This document shows positions 24,901 to 36,651 of a DNA stretch of 64,000 bases, one piece after another. Below the pieces are notes generated by a model. That model searched no databases. It was not told where the DNA came from and saw nothing but the letters and a program-made list of their open reading frames with translations. The position numbers were made by a program, and so were the translations under genes. Source of the stretch: Mobula hypostoma. Lineage: Eukaryota. The stretch lies in NCBI RefSeq assembly GCF_963921235.1, contig NC_086114.1:31992001-32056000 (forward strand). Reading direction: 5' to 3'. The number at the start of each line of letters is the position of its first letter. Position 1 is the first letter of the stretch.

Positions 24901-27900
24901 TCCTCTCTGTTATTTGAAATGAGCCCATCTGGGATAGGAGGCCAGTTCAGATGCAGTTAGGAATCAACTGTTGTGGATTTATAGGGATGTCTAGTCAGAT
25001 CTGCTGCCTCACAGTTTCAATCCTGGTGCTATCCTGGTGTTGTCCGTGTGGACCTTGCACGTTTTCCCTGTGACCACATGCATTTCCTCTGGATGTTTCA
25101 ATTTCCTCTCATTTCCCAAACGTGTGCCGATTACCGCACAATTGATTGTTCTTGGACTCATGGAGGTGGTTGGTGGGATCACTATGAAAGGGCACGTCTT
25201 AGAGAGTAGGATACTGGTCTTCCCCAGGTTATGATAGAGTTCCGTCAACCAAGGACAGCATGTAAGATGCTGCTGATTGCCTGCACCTCTTAAGGGGTTA
25301 CATCCATGTTCCTGGAGAAGGAGCCTGTGGTATCCAAGGTACCATTGGGGATTTCCAGGATTAGTGGGTACGACACTGGTTTTGAACTTATTCTGGATAG
25401 AGATGACCATGTTATAATTTGAAACAGAAATAATGTGATTATGAAGTACTGTAATATTGTAATATGTGATTTATAATCACTGAATAAACAACCTTTGGAA
25501 AAGGAAAAGAACCATATAGGGCATTTAACCCAACCAATCAGATATTGCCATAATCTGAGTTCCCACACGGCAGAAGATACCTGCAGCTCCACAGCAGCTG
25601 ACAAACTATCCCCATCCATCCCACCGGTCTCCCAAGTGCTCGTTTGTATGCAAGGCTGTGCAAACGTCAGGCATCCTTAACCTGAGGAGGACCTGTGCAG
25701 GAAACGTGGGGGAATGGGAGTGATGAGATTGCTCATTGATTGAATAAGACAAATTGTCCCTTCTCTAACATAATGAAGTCTAAAATTATAAACCTATTCC
25801 AGGTGAGATTTCCTTTCCTGAAGCACATTTCCTGGACACAATTTGGTACATTGTTCTCAGTGCTGCTGATATGTTTTTTTAAAAATTCCTAATTTATTCA
25901 TGAATTGAATTTGAATTCTTGGCACCTTTGGGTGATCTCGGTTCATTCTTCTCCACAGTGAGTCCAGAATGGCCACCATTTCAATTATGAATCAAAATGG
26001 GAAGTGTTCTTTCAGTTAAATCCTTTAGTGTCAGTTCCCAGTTATATATTTTGGTCCTGAAAGTATTCATCTACTCTTGCACAATATTTCCTCCTTCCCT
26101 CCTTCACATCCACTGTCCCCCACTGAAGAGTAAGTCTGCACATTGAGTACCCCGAATTTTGCGAAAGAGACATCAAGGTTAAATTCAATTCTATCCCCCA
26201 CCAACATCCTCACTTTAGAAGTACAGCTTGTTGATTTTTCTCCCCTCTGACCAGGAGTCATTGGTAGGCTACTTACCAACAGGAACCAGGTAAGTACATG
26301 CTAGACTAGGAGTCAAAATCGCCATAGCAAAGGATCCATTTAACAATTAAGCCATTTAAGAGCTGTTTTGACATACAGATTTCCAGCAGAATAGAGTCAT
26401 CAGCTGACATGTGGTGAACATAGTGTGGAATTTAGTGAGCTGTGCAACATGGAATGGGAAACCCTTTAATGGTATTTGGACTTATTTTGACCTTGAATAT
26501 GAGGAATGTACCTTCATGCATAACATGCACTTAGTTTAAAGACTATAAATAGATATGGAGAACATAGGTGTCAAGCAGTTTTATAACTAGAATACACTAG
26601 CAATGCAGAGTCAGGTATATCAGCAAATAATGGCTGATTTGCTGAAGACTCAGATTGAAAGTACTGTGTGAAATAAAGAGACATAATAACGGGAACTTTG
26701 GTTGGGATTGTGGTGACTGTAGAGTGCAGCTGCTGATTCATGGCCTGGATTTACTTGTGTTGATGTAGGCATCAAATTGCCCGATATTAGTTTCAGCCTT
26801 GTGTGCTGCTGAGATTCTCTGTGACGACTTTTCCAAAAGGCAGCACTGCACTGGGCTGACCTTGCTGGGAAGGGAAGGACAGTTAACTTTTCAAAAGCCA
26901 AGGTAACAGTCTCCTTATTTACTGTTTTCTTGTTTTCCAATCTTGGCATGAAGAAGTTATCTGCCAGCTTGCTGAATAAGCAAGCTACCCAGTCCAGAAA
27001 TACCCTGATGACCTCCTACACCAGACCGGCAGTGAAGTCAACAAAAACCCATCAGACCACAAACTGACTTGTTTCACCAAACAGCTATGTTCTGTTTCAC
27101 ACTTTTCAGTGTTCCTCGGTTGTTTCTGTTTTCTCAGATAACAGAGTGTATCACTTTTCAGTAAGGACTTCTTAAGGACTTCTGCTTGTGGGGGTGAAAG
27201 TCGAGTGGAGTTGCCCTCTTAAAACACTCAGAAACTGTCCATGAAACACACTCTGAACAGTAAATGTCCTCTCGCAGGTTACAAACACGGCTTAAATACA
27301 TATGAATGAGCATTTTGAAAACTAGTGGGATTCATTTGCTGGCTGCTACGGGGTTTTAGGGACCTTCGACTGCTCGGGAGCATGATTCATGGCAGAAAGT
27401 CCCAATTATACACTGTTCAGCGTATGAACAGTTTAGAGCAAGCAAATCCTGCTCTAACCTGGGAAGGAGCTGCTGATGAATGCTCGATTTTTATTATTAG
27501 CTGTCGATTATAAAATAAGGTATGGGGTAATTCGAGCTGGGGAATGGGCTTGTTCTGGTTGCTAGCTCCAAACATAACGGCAAATTGCTGCGTTCCTCCT
27601 CACCCCTCATGTTGAAGTCAATGGGACCAAACACACAGAGCTGAGTGAAGCTGGAGATCGATGTTCGCACATGTATTCAGTGTAGCCAGCCAAGCACTAT
27701 TCTCTGTCATTGCTGCTTCGTTTTCAAGTGATGACTCTGCCACAGTTCTGAGCATTGGGGTTCTGGCTATTAAAATTGCAACCATGTTTGAGAAGTTGGA
27801 GGGGTTTACTGAGATGGGAGGAGGTTCCTCTGCAGCACAGTGTGTGGGCAGGACTGGGAGGGGTAGAGTGTATGGAGGAATGGGTCTCTGATGTGCCAGC

Positions 27901-28714
27901 TACCAAACATCAATGAGTGTATGTGTTCTATTAATTACAGGCCATCCCCGTTTTTACTGATGTCCGTAAGTCAATTTTGTCCATGAGAGAAAACATATAC
28001 TGTAAAATCCTTTGATATGGTAACCATATCTCCATAGTATTATAATGAATGGCATCAAAAATACAGGAGACTGATTAGGAAGAGCAATTACTAAAGTGGA
28101 GAGACAGAGTGAGAGAGAGAGAGTGTGTGTGTGAGAGAGAGAGAGAGAGAAATTAGTTCTCCCATTCATAGGAATGAATGCATTTATGTGTGCCAGTCTG
28201 TTAAATTTATTATTATGTGAGCTCATTCATTTGAAGGAGTCTCCATAGATGAGGTATGTGTGAGCAGCCAATACCAAGCATATGCCCACATGTATATAAT
28301 AATTGTGCTTAAATGCCCCTGTAAATGTCTCACATTTAATTCTTTTACATTATGTACCCCTGTTGGAGTTTAGGGATAGGCTCCAAATTCATGGGCGGAG
28401 TTGCCTGTTTCAGTGGCAGAATTACTTTGTCTGTGTAAACAATGAAAAGGGTCCAAGTGTTTCTCAGTAGGCTAACATCTCTGACCTGGAAGTTTACCTC
28501 ACTGTCTTAAGGCTCAATATTACACAGGCCTTCTTAACATCTTCATTCCTTTGTGGTAAACAACAAATAAATTGAAGTAAAAAGTGCAGATGCTCAAGAT
28601 CTGAATTGAGAAGGGAAAATGCTGGGAATACTCGGCAGGTCAGGCAGTATCTGTGGATAGTTAGTGTTTCAAGTCAAGGACTCTTCATAAGGATTCTTTC
28701 CCAGTTCTGGGTGT

Positions 28715-28810
28715 ATTGTGTAGTGTGGGGTGTGGAGGGTGGAGTGTGTTGGGTGGTGTGTGGAGTGTGTAGAGTAGTGTGTGGAGTGTGGAGTGTGGTG
28801 GTGAGTGGTA
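28715..28810. repeat. G/T-rich (GTGTGGA-like) low-complexity repeat
   Basis: Imperfect 7-mer tandem repeat. Confidence 0.75.
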
Positions 28811-29830
28811 GATCCCAGTGGGGAGCTGATGAGAATGTGGGGAGAATGGGAAAAATGGGATTAATATAGAATTAGTGTAAATGGGTGTTTTTTGGTCAGT
28901 GTGGATTCATCTGGAAAGAGCCTCTTTCCATGCCTTCTGACTTTATGAATGTAGGTTTAGGTTTGCAATCTTCCTTCGAGTTACATCAGAGAGTGTCTTG
29001 CAAAATCAGCTTCATTCACTTGCATCAACTAGGATGTATGGATGGTGATGGTGATTATAACTGGTGACCCCAGGAGCACCTCACAGGCAACCTATTTAGT
29101 TCCAGTATATTTCAGCTTTCCTACCACAGACTTATTAGCATGTTCTTTCAGAAGACATTTTATCAGGATGTTGCCTGGATTGGCGAACATGTCCAATGAG
29201 GAAACTTTGAACAAGCTAGGGCTTTTCCCTTTGGATGAAGGAGGATGAGAGGTGACCCGACAGCTGTATAGAATGAAGAAAGGCGGGGTGGCAGGGGCCG
29301 ATATCAAAGGGCATCTGTTTAAGGTGAGTGTAAGAGGTTTGGGGAGATCTCTAACGTAGGTTCCTCACACAGAGAGATGGGTGCCTGGATCGCACTACTG
29401 GGGATGGTGGTAGAGGCTGATGCAGTGGGGACATTTGGGAGACACTTAGATAGGCATGTGGACATAGGAAAATGGAAGGCTGTGTTAGATTGATCGTGGA
29501 GTAGGTTTGCATAGATCAGCACAATATCATGGGCCAAGGGTCCCTTACTATGCTGTACTGCTCAAAGTTCAAAATAAATGTTATTATCAGAGTACATATA
29601 TGTCACCACATACAACCCTGAGAATCTTTTTCCTGTGGGCATACTCAGGAAATTTATAGAATAGTAACTATAACAAGATTCAATGAAAGATTAAGTGGAG
29701 TGCAGAAAACACCAAACTGTGCCAATGTAAATGACGATAAATAACAAGAACATGAAATAACAAGATAAAGAGTTCTGAAAGTGAGATCATTGGTTTGTGG
29801 GAACATCTCAAGTTGGGCAGATGAGTTGTA

Positions 29831-30290
29831 TTGGACCGCAAAGCACTCCAGCGTGTGGTGAAAACTGCCCAGCGGATTATCGGCACCCAATTGCCCACCA
29901 TTGAGAATGTCTACCATAAGTGGTGCCTGGGCAGGGCGAAAAGCATTATTAAGGATACATCTCACCCTAACCATCAACTTTTTACTCTCCTCCCATCCGG
30001 TAGGCGCTACAGGAGCCTCCGCTCCTGCACCAGCAGGCACAGGAAGAGCTTCTTCCCTGAGGCTGTGACCCTGCTGAACCTCACATCACAGCGCTAAGCA
30101 TTATTGCACCCATATTGTACTGTCTCAGTACTTTCATATTTGTGTGCTGTAGCACTTACTTTTTAATCACAGTTATTTTGTAAATAACACTATTCTTTGC
30201 ATTTCTGGTCAGATGCTAACTGCATTTCATTGGCTTTGTATCTGTACTTGGCACAGTGACAATAAAGTCGAATCTAATCTATTTAATCTA
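29831..30290 (+). mobile_element. Rex1/Babar-type LINE 3' fragment nested in an opposite-strand Rex fragment (~29565-30712)
   Basis: DRKALQRVVKTAQRIIG..LP...HP...LF.LLPSGRRYRS...SFFP.A. AATAAA followed by an (AATCT)n tail. Confidence 0.85.
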
Positions 30291-30854
30291 ATTCCCCTTT
30301 TGTTCAAGAGCTTGATGGTTGAGGGGTAGGTAGTAACTGTTCTTGAACAGTTGATGGCAGCAGTGAGAAAAGAGCATGGCCTGGGTGGGGAGGATCATTG
30401 ATAATGGATGCTGCTCTCATGTAGATGTGCTCAGTGTTTGGGAGGGCTTTACCCATGAAGCACTGGGTTGAATCCACTATTTTTTGTAGAATTTTCTTTC
30501 AAAGACATTGGTGTTCCCATACCAGGCTGTGATGCAGCCAGTCAGTGCGCTCTCCACTACACTTCTATAGAAGTTTGTCAAAATTTTTGATGTCATGACG
30601 AATATCGGAAGCCTCCGAAGGAAGTAGAGGTGCTGTTGTGCTTTCTTTGCAATTACATTTACATGCTAGGTCCAGGACAGGTCCTCTGAAATAGTAACAA
30701 CCAGGAATTTATGTTCTATGTCCTAGGTAAATGCTTTAACTTCCTGGTAATTGAGGTAATTGTCGCTTCTCATAAAAAAAAATACTATGATTAGTCCAAC
30801 ACTGTAGTCACTGCAACAATCCAACTAGTTGATTCTTCTGCTTTCTTCTTCTAG

Positions 30855-30983
30855 GGAGTGCTGGGGACCGGGACCGGATGGCTGTCAATCATGAAGCATT
30901 CCTCCTTATGGCAAACTCCCAGAATGATATGGAAGATTGGGTCAAAGCCATCAGACGAGTGATATGGGCTCCATTTGGCGGAG
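30855..30983 (+). CDS. ARHGAP22: ARHGAP22 internal coding exon (C-terminal part of the PH domain up to the RhoGAP boundary)
   Basis: Pyrimidine tract TTCTTCTGCTTTCTTCTTCTAG acceptor; 129 nt, phase 1-1; donor GAG|GTACT. Encodes (G)[42 protein letters not shown](G), the ARHGAP22/24/25 signature. The 43-codon length and EAFLL/KAIRR/WAP residues favour ARHGAP22 over ARHGAP24. Confidence 0.9.
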
Positions 30984-31413
30984 GTACTCCCTTATATTTG
31001 TATTGTGCCAACATAAAAACTAATCATTTGCCATACACAGCTTACAAAGCACACAGTAACTCATGGGGAGAAGAGGGTGATACCTCTAGGAAACGTTATT
31101 TCCACACTGTGATCATTTGACATGGGTGATTCCTTGTTCTGGAACCTCCACCCAGTTTTCACTGTCAAATACTAAGTATTGGGCAAAACATATTTTTAAC
31201 TTGTTTAAAACAGGCTTTAACTTGTTGAATTAAAGACATTTAATCTCTTCTCCCTTCCAAAAATATTAAGATATGGGAATCAATGCTGTTTGTTGCCCAT
31301 GTCTAGTTAGCTTTGAGATGTTAAGCCATGTTCCCTGGGACTGCAATATATTAACATTTATAGTAAACGGAAGTTGGCCAATTAAGGTATTTGATCTAAT
31401 TAAACAGGACATT

Positions 31414-31541
31414 CGGCAGAAAGCAAAGGCAAACCACTGCTGTAACCTGCCACGATCCACGATCATGATTTCCCAATATGTCAGAGTGGCATGGAGGGAA
31501 ATCGTCCGCCAACTGGAAATTCCAAATGCGACCTAACGACG
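31414..31541 (+). mobile_element. 5'-truncated RTE-mobilised SINE (same family as 55220-55478)
   Basis: GCAAAGGCAAACCACTGCTGTAAC...GGCATGGAGGGAAATCGTCCGC. Imperfect 12-bp TSD AAACAGGACATT / AAACAGAAAATT. Confidence 0.7.
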
Positions 31542-32919
31542 AAACAGAAAATTAGTGCTTCCAGCTGCCCAATATATATAAATAATTATTGCTAAAAAGC
31601 ACCGCAAATGTGAAAAGAATGTATTTACTTTGTTTTGATATTTGAGGGAAATTATTCCCGCCTTATTGTGTGGAGCAGTTCATGATAAATCTGGACTCCT
31701 GGGTTGCAATAGCATTCCAAAGTTCTCGGAAAGATTACTGTACAATACAAACAACATGTCATTATTTCAGAAATTTAAAATTCCTGGCTTCCAGACCTTG
31801 AAGTTTAAATGAGCTTGGTTGCTAGGATGGGCACATAAGGCTTTTGTGCTATTCTGTTATCTTTTAATGAACATCCTCTTCCACCGAGAGGAATTCTTTT
31901 ACAGCGTGAGTATCATTGTCACCACACTACTGTTATGTGCATTTGCAATGCTTTTGACTTGAATTAAGTGCATGTATTTACAGACAAATTGACCAATCAC
32001 AGCTTTACACAGTTATAAATCTGACCTACATCAGGCAGCTTCTGATCTTTCATTACACTCTGAATCAGCATCATTGCTGCAACTTGGCAAGTCGGAGGTT
32101 CGAAGAATTGTTTATCATATATGAATACTTTAAAAATCTACAATTGGATCAAAGCCACTGTCTGTGATAAAATGACTAGAAATGTATGAGTACTGTAAAG
32201 AGTAGCAGTAGCAATATCGTGTTCCTTGGTTTGGGATATTGAGTCATTTGGCCATCAATCCTTCAGTGTTGGTGATAGTACATGGGACTAGTTATTTATC
32301 TGGTAGTCACTGTATGATGGTTCAGAATATGGAAAGGTCTGTGGTATTTACAGTAACTGAGATACTGTCCTGAAGGTATTTGGAAACAAACTTTTTTTTT
32401 AGATAAAAATTGAAGTTCTGGTATATATCCTTGTGTGAATTGAGCTGCACAATAAAGAAGCAGCACTATTTGGATTTTACTGTTACTGGGCAAAATCAGA
32501 ACATTTCAGTAGATGTGAATTGTTTCTTCAAAAGTCAGGCTAAGTACTTTATAAAACCCTTAAACAGACGAGTTTATAGTCATATATAGTTTGAGATATG
32601 GACTTTCATCAATTCTTATGAAATCCATATAGTAGCATTAAAGATCACAGTTTCTTCCAACCAACACCCCAGCCTATTGTTATCAATACTCACCCCTAAA
32701 TAGCTTTGCCTCCAGAGGCAGAGGGCAGTGCTTCTCAACACGGTGATGTTCTAGCCCTCTGCAGACTCCAAACCACCTCTCCATTACCATGCCACATCCA
32801 AAAGTAAAACTAATATACATTTGGTTATAATTGACATTAGTGCTAAGAGTTGTAAAATCCAAAAACAGGCCATTCGGCCCACCCTGTCCTTGATGACCAT
32901 CAAGTGTTCATCTATACCA

Positions 32920-33730
32920 CAGGTTGAGCACCTCTTATCCAAAATGCTTAGTGCTGGAGAGTTCTGGATTTTGGAATATTTGCACGATATAATGAGATAC
33001 CTTGGGGATGGGATTCAAGTCTAAACACGAAATTCATTTATATTACATATACATGTACCGTGAAGGTAGTTTTATAGAATAATTTTAATAATTTTGTGCA
33101 TGAGTACATCGAACCATTAGAAAGATAAGCTACCACTACCCCAACTGCTCAGGTGGACAGTCTGTAGCTGTTTGGCATCACCATCATTCCCAATTCTTAC
33201 GCTTGTTCATCACACACATGTCCTGATGCTGCTGTTCAGCATGTTAGATNNNNNNNNNNNNNNNNNNNNNNNNNNNNNNNNNNNNNNNNNNNNNNNNNNN
33301 NNNNNNNNNNNNNNNNNNNNNNNNNNNNNNNNNNNNNNNNNNNNNNNNNNNNNNNNNNNNNNNNNNNNNNNNNNNNNNNNNNNNNNNNNNNNNNNTTACC
33401 TTCAATTTTCAGTTCATCGTGATAGATCTTTGATTGTTTCATGATCAGCATATCGTTAAGCGGCTTATGTTCTCTGCGACACTGATGAATTCACTCTTTC
33501 AATGCACGATTGAGATCTTCACTTTTCATTTTAGGCAGTGTTTTTCAATTCTTCGTTGACATCTGTTCATTACATAGGTGAGGTCGTTTCTCAGAATTGT
33601 CTGTGGTGCGCAGACCTGCTCATCGCCTGGCAATTTTCCCAGTGTCCTGTGGAATTTTCCATTTGTGAGGTGATATCAGTACTCAAAAAATATTGGATTT
33701 TGGAATTTTGGATAAGGGGCACTCAAGCTG
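32920..33730 (-). mobile_element. Tigger4/Zombi-like pogo transposon (deletion derivative; spans the assembly gap)
   Basis: TIRs CAGGTTGAGCACCTCTTATCCAAAAT ... ATTTTGGATAAGGGGCACTCAAGCTG. Minus-strand CENP-B-type HTH fragment KTLPKMKSEDLNRALKE*IHQCRREHKPLNDMLIMKQSKIYHDELKIEG (33396-33545). Inserted into a minus CR1 tail (~32860-33965). Confidence 0.85.
33250..33395. other. Assembly gap (146 N)
   Basis: Run of N. Confidence 1.
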
Positions 33731-33969
33731 CTAATTGCATTTATCAGTGCTTGGTCCATATACTTTACGCCTTGATGTCTGCAGGCCAAGTACTTATCTA
33801 TGTCCATCTTAAATGTCATGAGACTCACTGCCTCTATCACCCTTTCAGGTAGTGTATTCCAAACTCTACCCACCTTCTTGTAGAAAGAACTTCTTCCTTA
33901 AATCCCCTCTAAACTTCCTATTCATTACCTTAAACTTATGCCCTCTGGTTATAGATATCTTTGCTATGG

Positions 33970-35559
33970 TGTGATGCTATTGGGTTTACTGTCGACAAAG
34001 CCCTACACTCATAATGGATTTGAAGCCTATCTGATGATGGTATCTATGGATACTATCACAATTGGGAGGTTATTATTCATCAACCTACTCTTCAAAGACT
34101 AACTTACTTCCCTATCCAGTCTCTGTGGTGAGGTCCAGCTGTCAATAGTCACTACTTCAATGGTGGTCCCCCCTCCACCATGGAGGAGATATTTCCAGCC
34201 AACAAAGTCTAAACATAGTTTGTTTTATTTTTAGTGATAAACATTTAATCTTAGACAGATTGTTCTTAAATGCATTTAAAACTCACAGAGGATTTTTGAT
34301 TTGTAAAAGATTTCTGAATTTAAAAAGATTTACAAACTACAAAGGATTTCCAAACACAGGTATAATTCTTACAAATTAAAAGATGAGTTGCAGATGAATA
34401 AAAGTCACCATCACGGTGACTTTTCACTGTCCAGTGCCATGGGGCTTTTTTTTTTCGCTAATCTCAGTTTTCTAAATTAGCAACTGACACTTGTAGAGAT
34501 TAAAGAGTTGTTTTTGAGTAAGTTAAACTTCCAACCAAGATTCTTTGTTCAGGTTCTTTTCATAAATGGAAGCCATTCTTTAGTTCCTAATGTAAACAGC
34601 AAGCAATAATCAGTCTGAAGTTAAAAAGACAGCTTTGCAAACAGCACTGTCTATAGTGCACAGAATAAAGGCCCACAACACGGTGCTGACTGCTTAGGAG
34701 ATGCAGTGTAACAGGATGGGGTTATGTTAGTTGGCTTTCATCAAACCAGACAACTGTAGCGAAGTTATTTAATTCAAGGAAGCTTGCAGACCAGATTGAC
34801 ACTATCACATAGCACATCAAATAGCGGTTCTGTTGATATTTGGAAGGTTTGTGTGCTCAGAGAGTCTGTAACACAGCATTAATTATGGGTATCTGGGGAC
34901 TCGATCTCTGCAGAAGCTTTTAGACTACCTGTATAAAAAGATATCTGAAAAATTATCACATGCACGTCAAGTCACCTAAGTGGGAGGAAAACAATATAAA
35001 TGTTGGAGAATAGTCAAGTTTGTTAGGAATTGTCACAGAACAGCAAGAAGACTGACAGAAAGACAGGGTGACGAGAATTCAGTCTTCTGCCTTTGATTTC
35101 TGCAATGGAGGATTCATTCATCTGCATCTCATTTGTATGCCTTTTTAGCTTATAGGAATTGCACCTGTGTTTTTGAAATCCTTTGTGTTTGAAAAATCAT
35201 TTGTAATTTGGAAATTTGTTATAATATAGAAAACTTTTGTGAGTTTTAAATGTATTTTAAGAACTTTATCAGGATTTAAGCAAGTATCACTAAAAACAAA
35301 TGAACTGTCTATAAACTACCTTATTAGCTAGAAATATCTCCTCCTTTGTAGGGAGAGGGGATGCACCACTCAACTAGTTGGTATTGGCTATAAACTCACC
35401 ATAGAGGATAAATAGGGAAGTAAACTAGTCTTTGAAGAGTAGATAGCTACAGCATAACCTCCCTTTAGTGAGGGTACCTGTAGCTATCTATATTGGATAG
35501 GGCTTAAGGTCTTCGTTTGCATTTAGAACTTCATGGTCAGCAAACCCAATACCATCACA
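33970..35559. mobile_element. Unclassified ~1.6-kb element with ~430-bp diverged terminal inverted repeats (TGT...ACA ends)
   Basis: 33970-~34400 aligns to the reverse complement of ~35113-35559, with shared blocks TGTGATG.TATTGGGTTT.CTG, CTACTCTTCAAAGACTA, TTACTTCCCTAT, GGAGGAGATATTTC, CATTTAAAACTCACA, ACAAAGGATTTC and TGCAGATGAAT. Confidence 0.8.
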
Positions 35560-36361
35560 ACCCCATCTTTCTGTCATTCTTCTCATCATTCCAAAAGACC
35601 CGCACTGCCTTCTTGCATTATACTGTTTTGCTACTAGCTGACATTATTTTCATGCAATATTTTTCAGATACCTTTGCTGGGACAAAGTAATCCACATAGA
35701 TTGTCTAATAGGTTCTGGGGGACAAAGATTCTAGACACCTAAAATTAATGCTGTGATGGCTGATTCTCTGAGTACACAATTATTTGAACTGTTGATTGAT
35801 CACTTGTACCTGTGACCATGTTTGATGTGCTAGGTCTGGAACCTTCCTTGATCTTGATCACAATAATGCAAATAACTTCGCTGTAGTTGCAAATCTGTCC
35901 TTTTAACTTCAAACTGGTTATTGCTTGCAATTTACAATAAGAACTGAGAACTAGTTGCTGTTTACAACAAGAAGCTGAGCAAGGAATATTGGTTAGAAGT
36001 TTAACTTTGTCACAGACAACTCTAATCCTTTGGAAAGGTCGTGCTGATGTGCTGGAAAGCTGAGGTTGGAATTAAGCTTCTCAGGCCCTGGAAAATGAAT
36101 ACTCAATGGGAAAACTTTATATCTGTCTTCCCTATTTATGCCCCTTGATGGTGTAAGGGGAAAAGGGTAATAACTATAGTCATTGAATAAGGATGTTCGC
36201 ACAATGAGGATTTTATTTCAAGCACAGTTGCATTTCAAAGGTGGTTGACCTTAAACTTAATTAATTCCTACCTTTTGGAACCAACAATGAGGAGATTGTA
36301 AAACTTGTTTGTCTGTTGGGTATCATTAAACATAACCTGTTAGCTGGAATATTTGGCTTGT

Positions 36362-36651
36362 ACTTTACTTTATACTTTATTGTCGCCAAACATTTGATAC
36401 TAGAACGTACAATCATCACAGCGATATTTGGTTCTGCGCTTCCTGCTCCCTGGATTACAAATCGATAGTAAATATTAAAAATTTAAATTATAAATCATAA
36501 ATAGAAAATAGAAAAATGGAAAGTAAAGTCGTGCAAAAAAAACTGACAGGCAGGTCCGGATATTTGGAGGGTACGGCCCAGATCTGGGTCAGGATCCATT
36601 CAGCAGTCTTATCACAGTTGGAAAGAAGCTGTTCCCAAACCTGGCCGTACG
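36362..36651 (-). mobile_element. Rex1/Babar-type LINE 3' end
   Basis: Reverse AATAAA plus (AAAGT)n tail. Minus translation ends RFGNSFFPTVIRLLN. Confidence 0.75.

Noticed and set aside
26255-26289. 35-nt candidate cassette exon (pyrimidine tract-CAG ... CAG|GTAAGT)
   Set aside because: It is not a multiple of 3, would frameshift ARHGAP22, and shows no homology. It cannot be supported without RNA data.
30878-31120. 80-aa ORF as a stand-alone gene
   Set aside because: Homology ends at the GT donor (30984) and the rest is intron read-through; the real exon starts at 30855.
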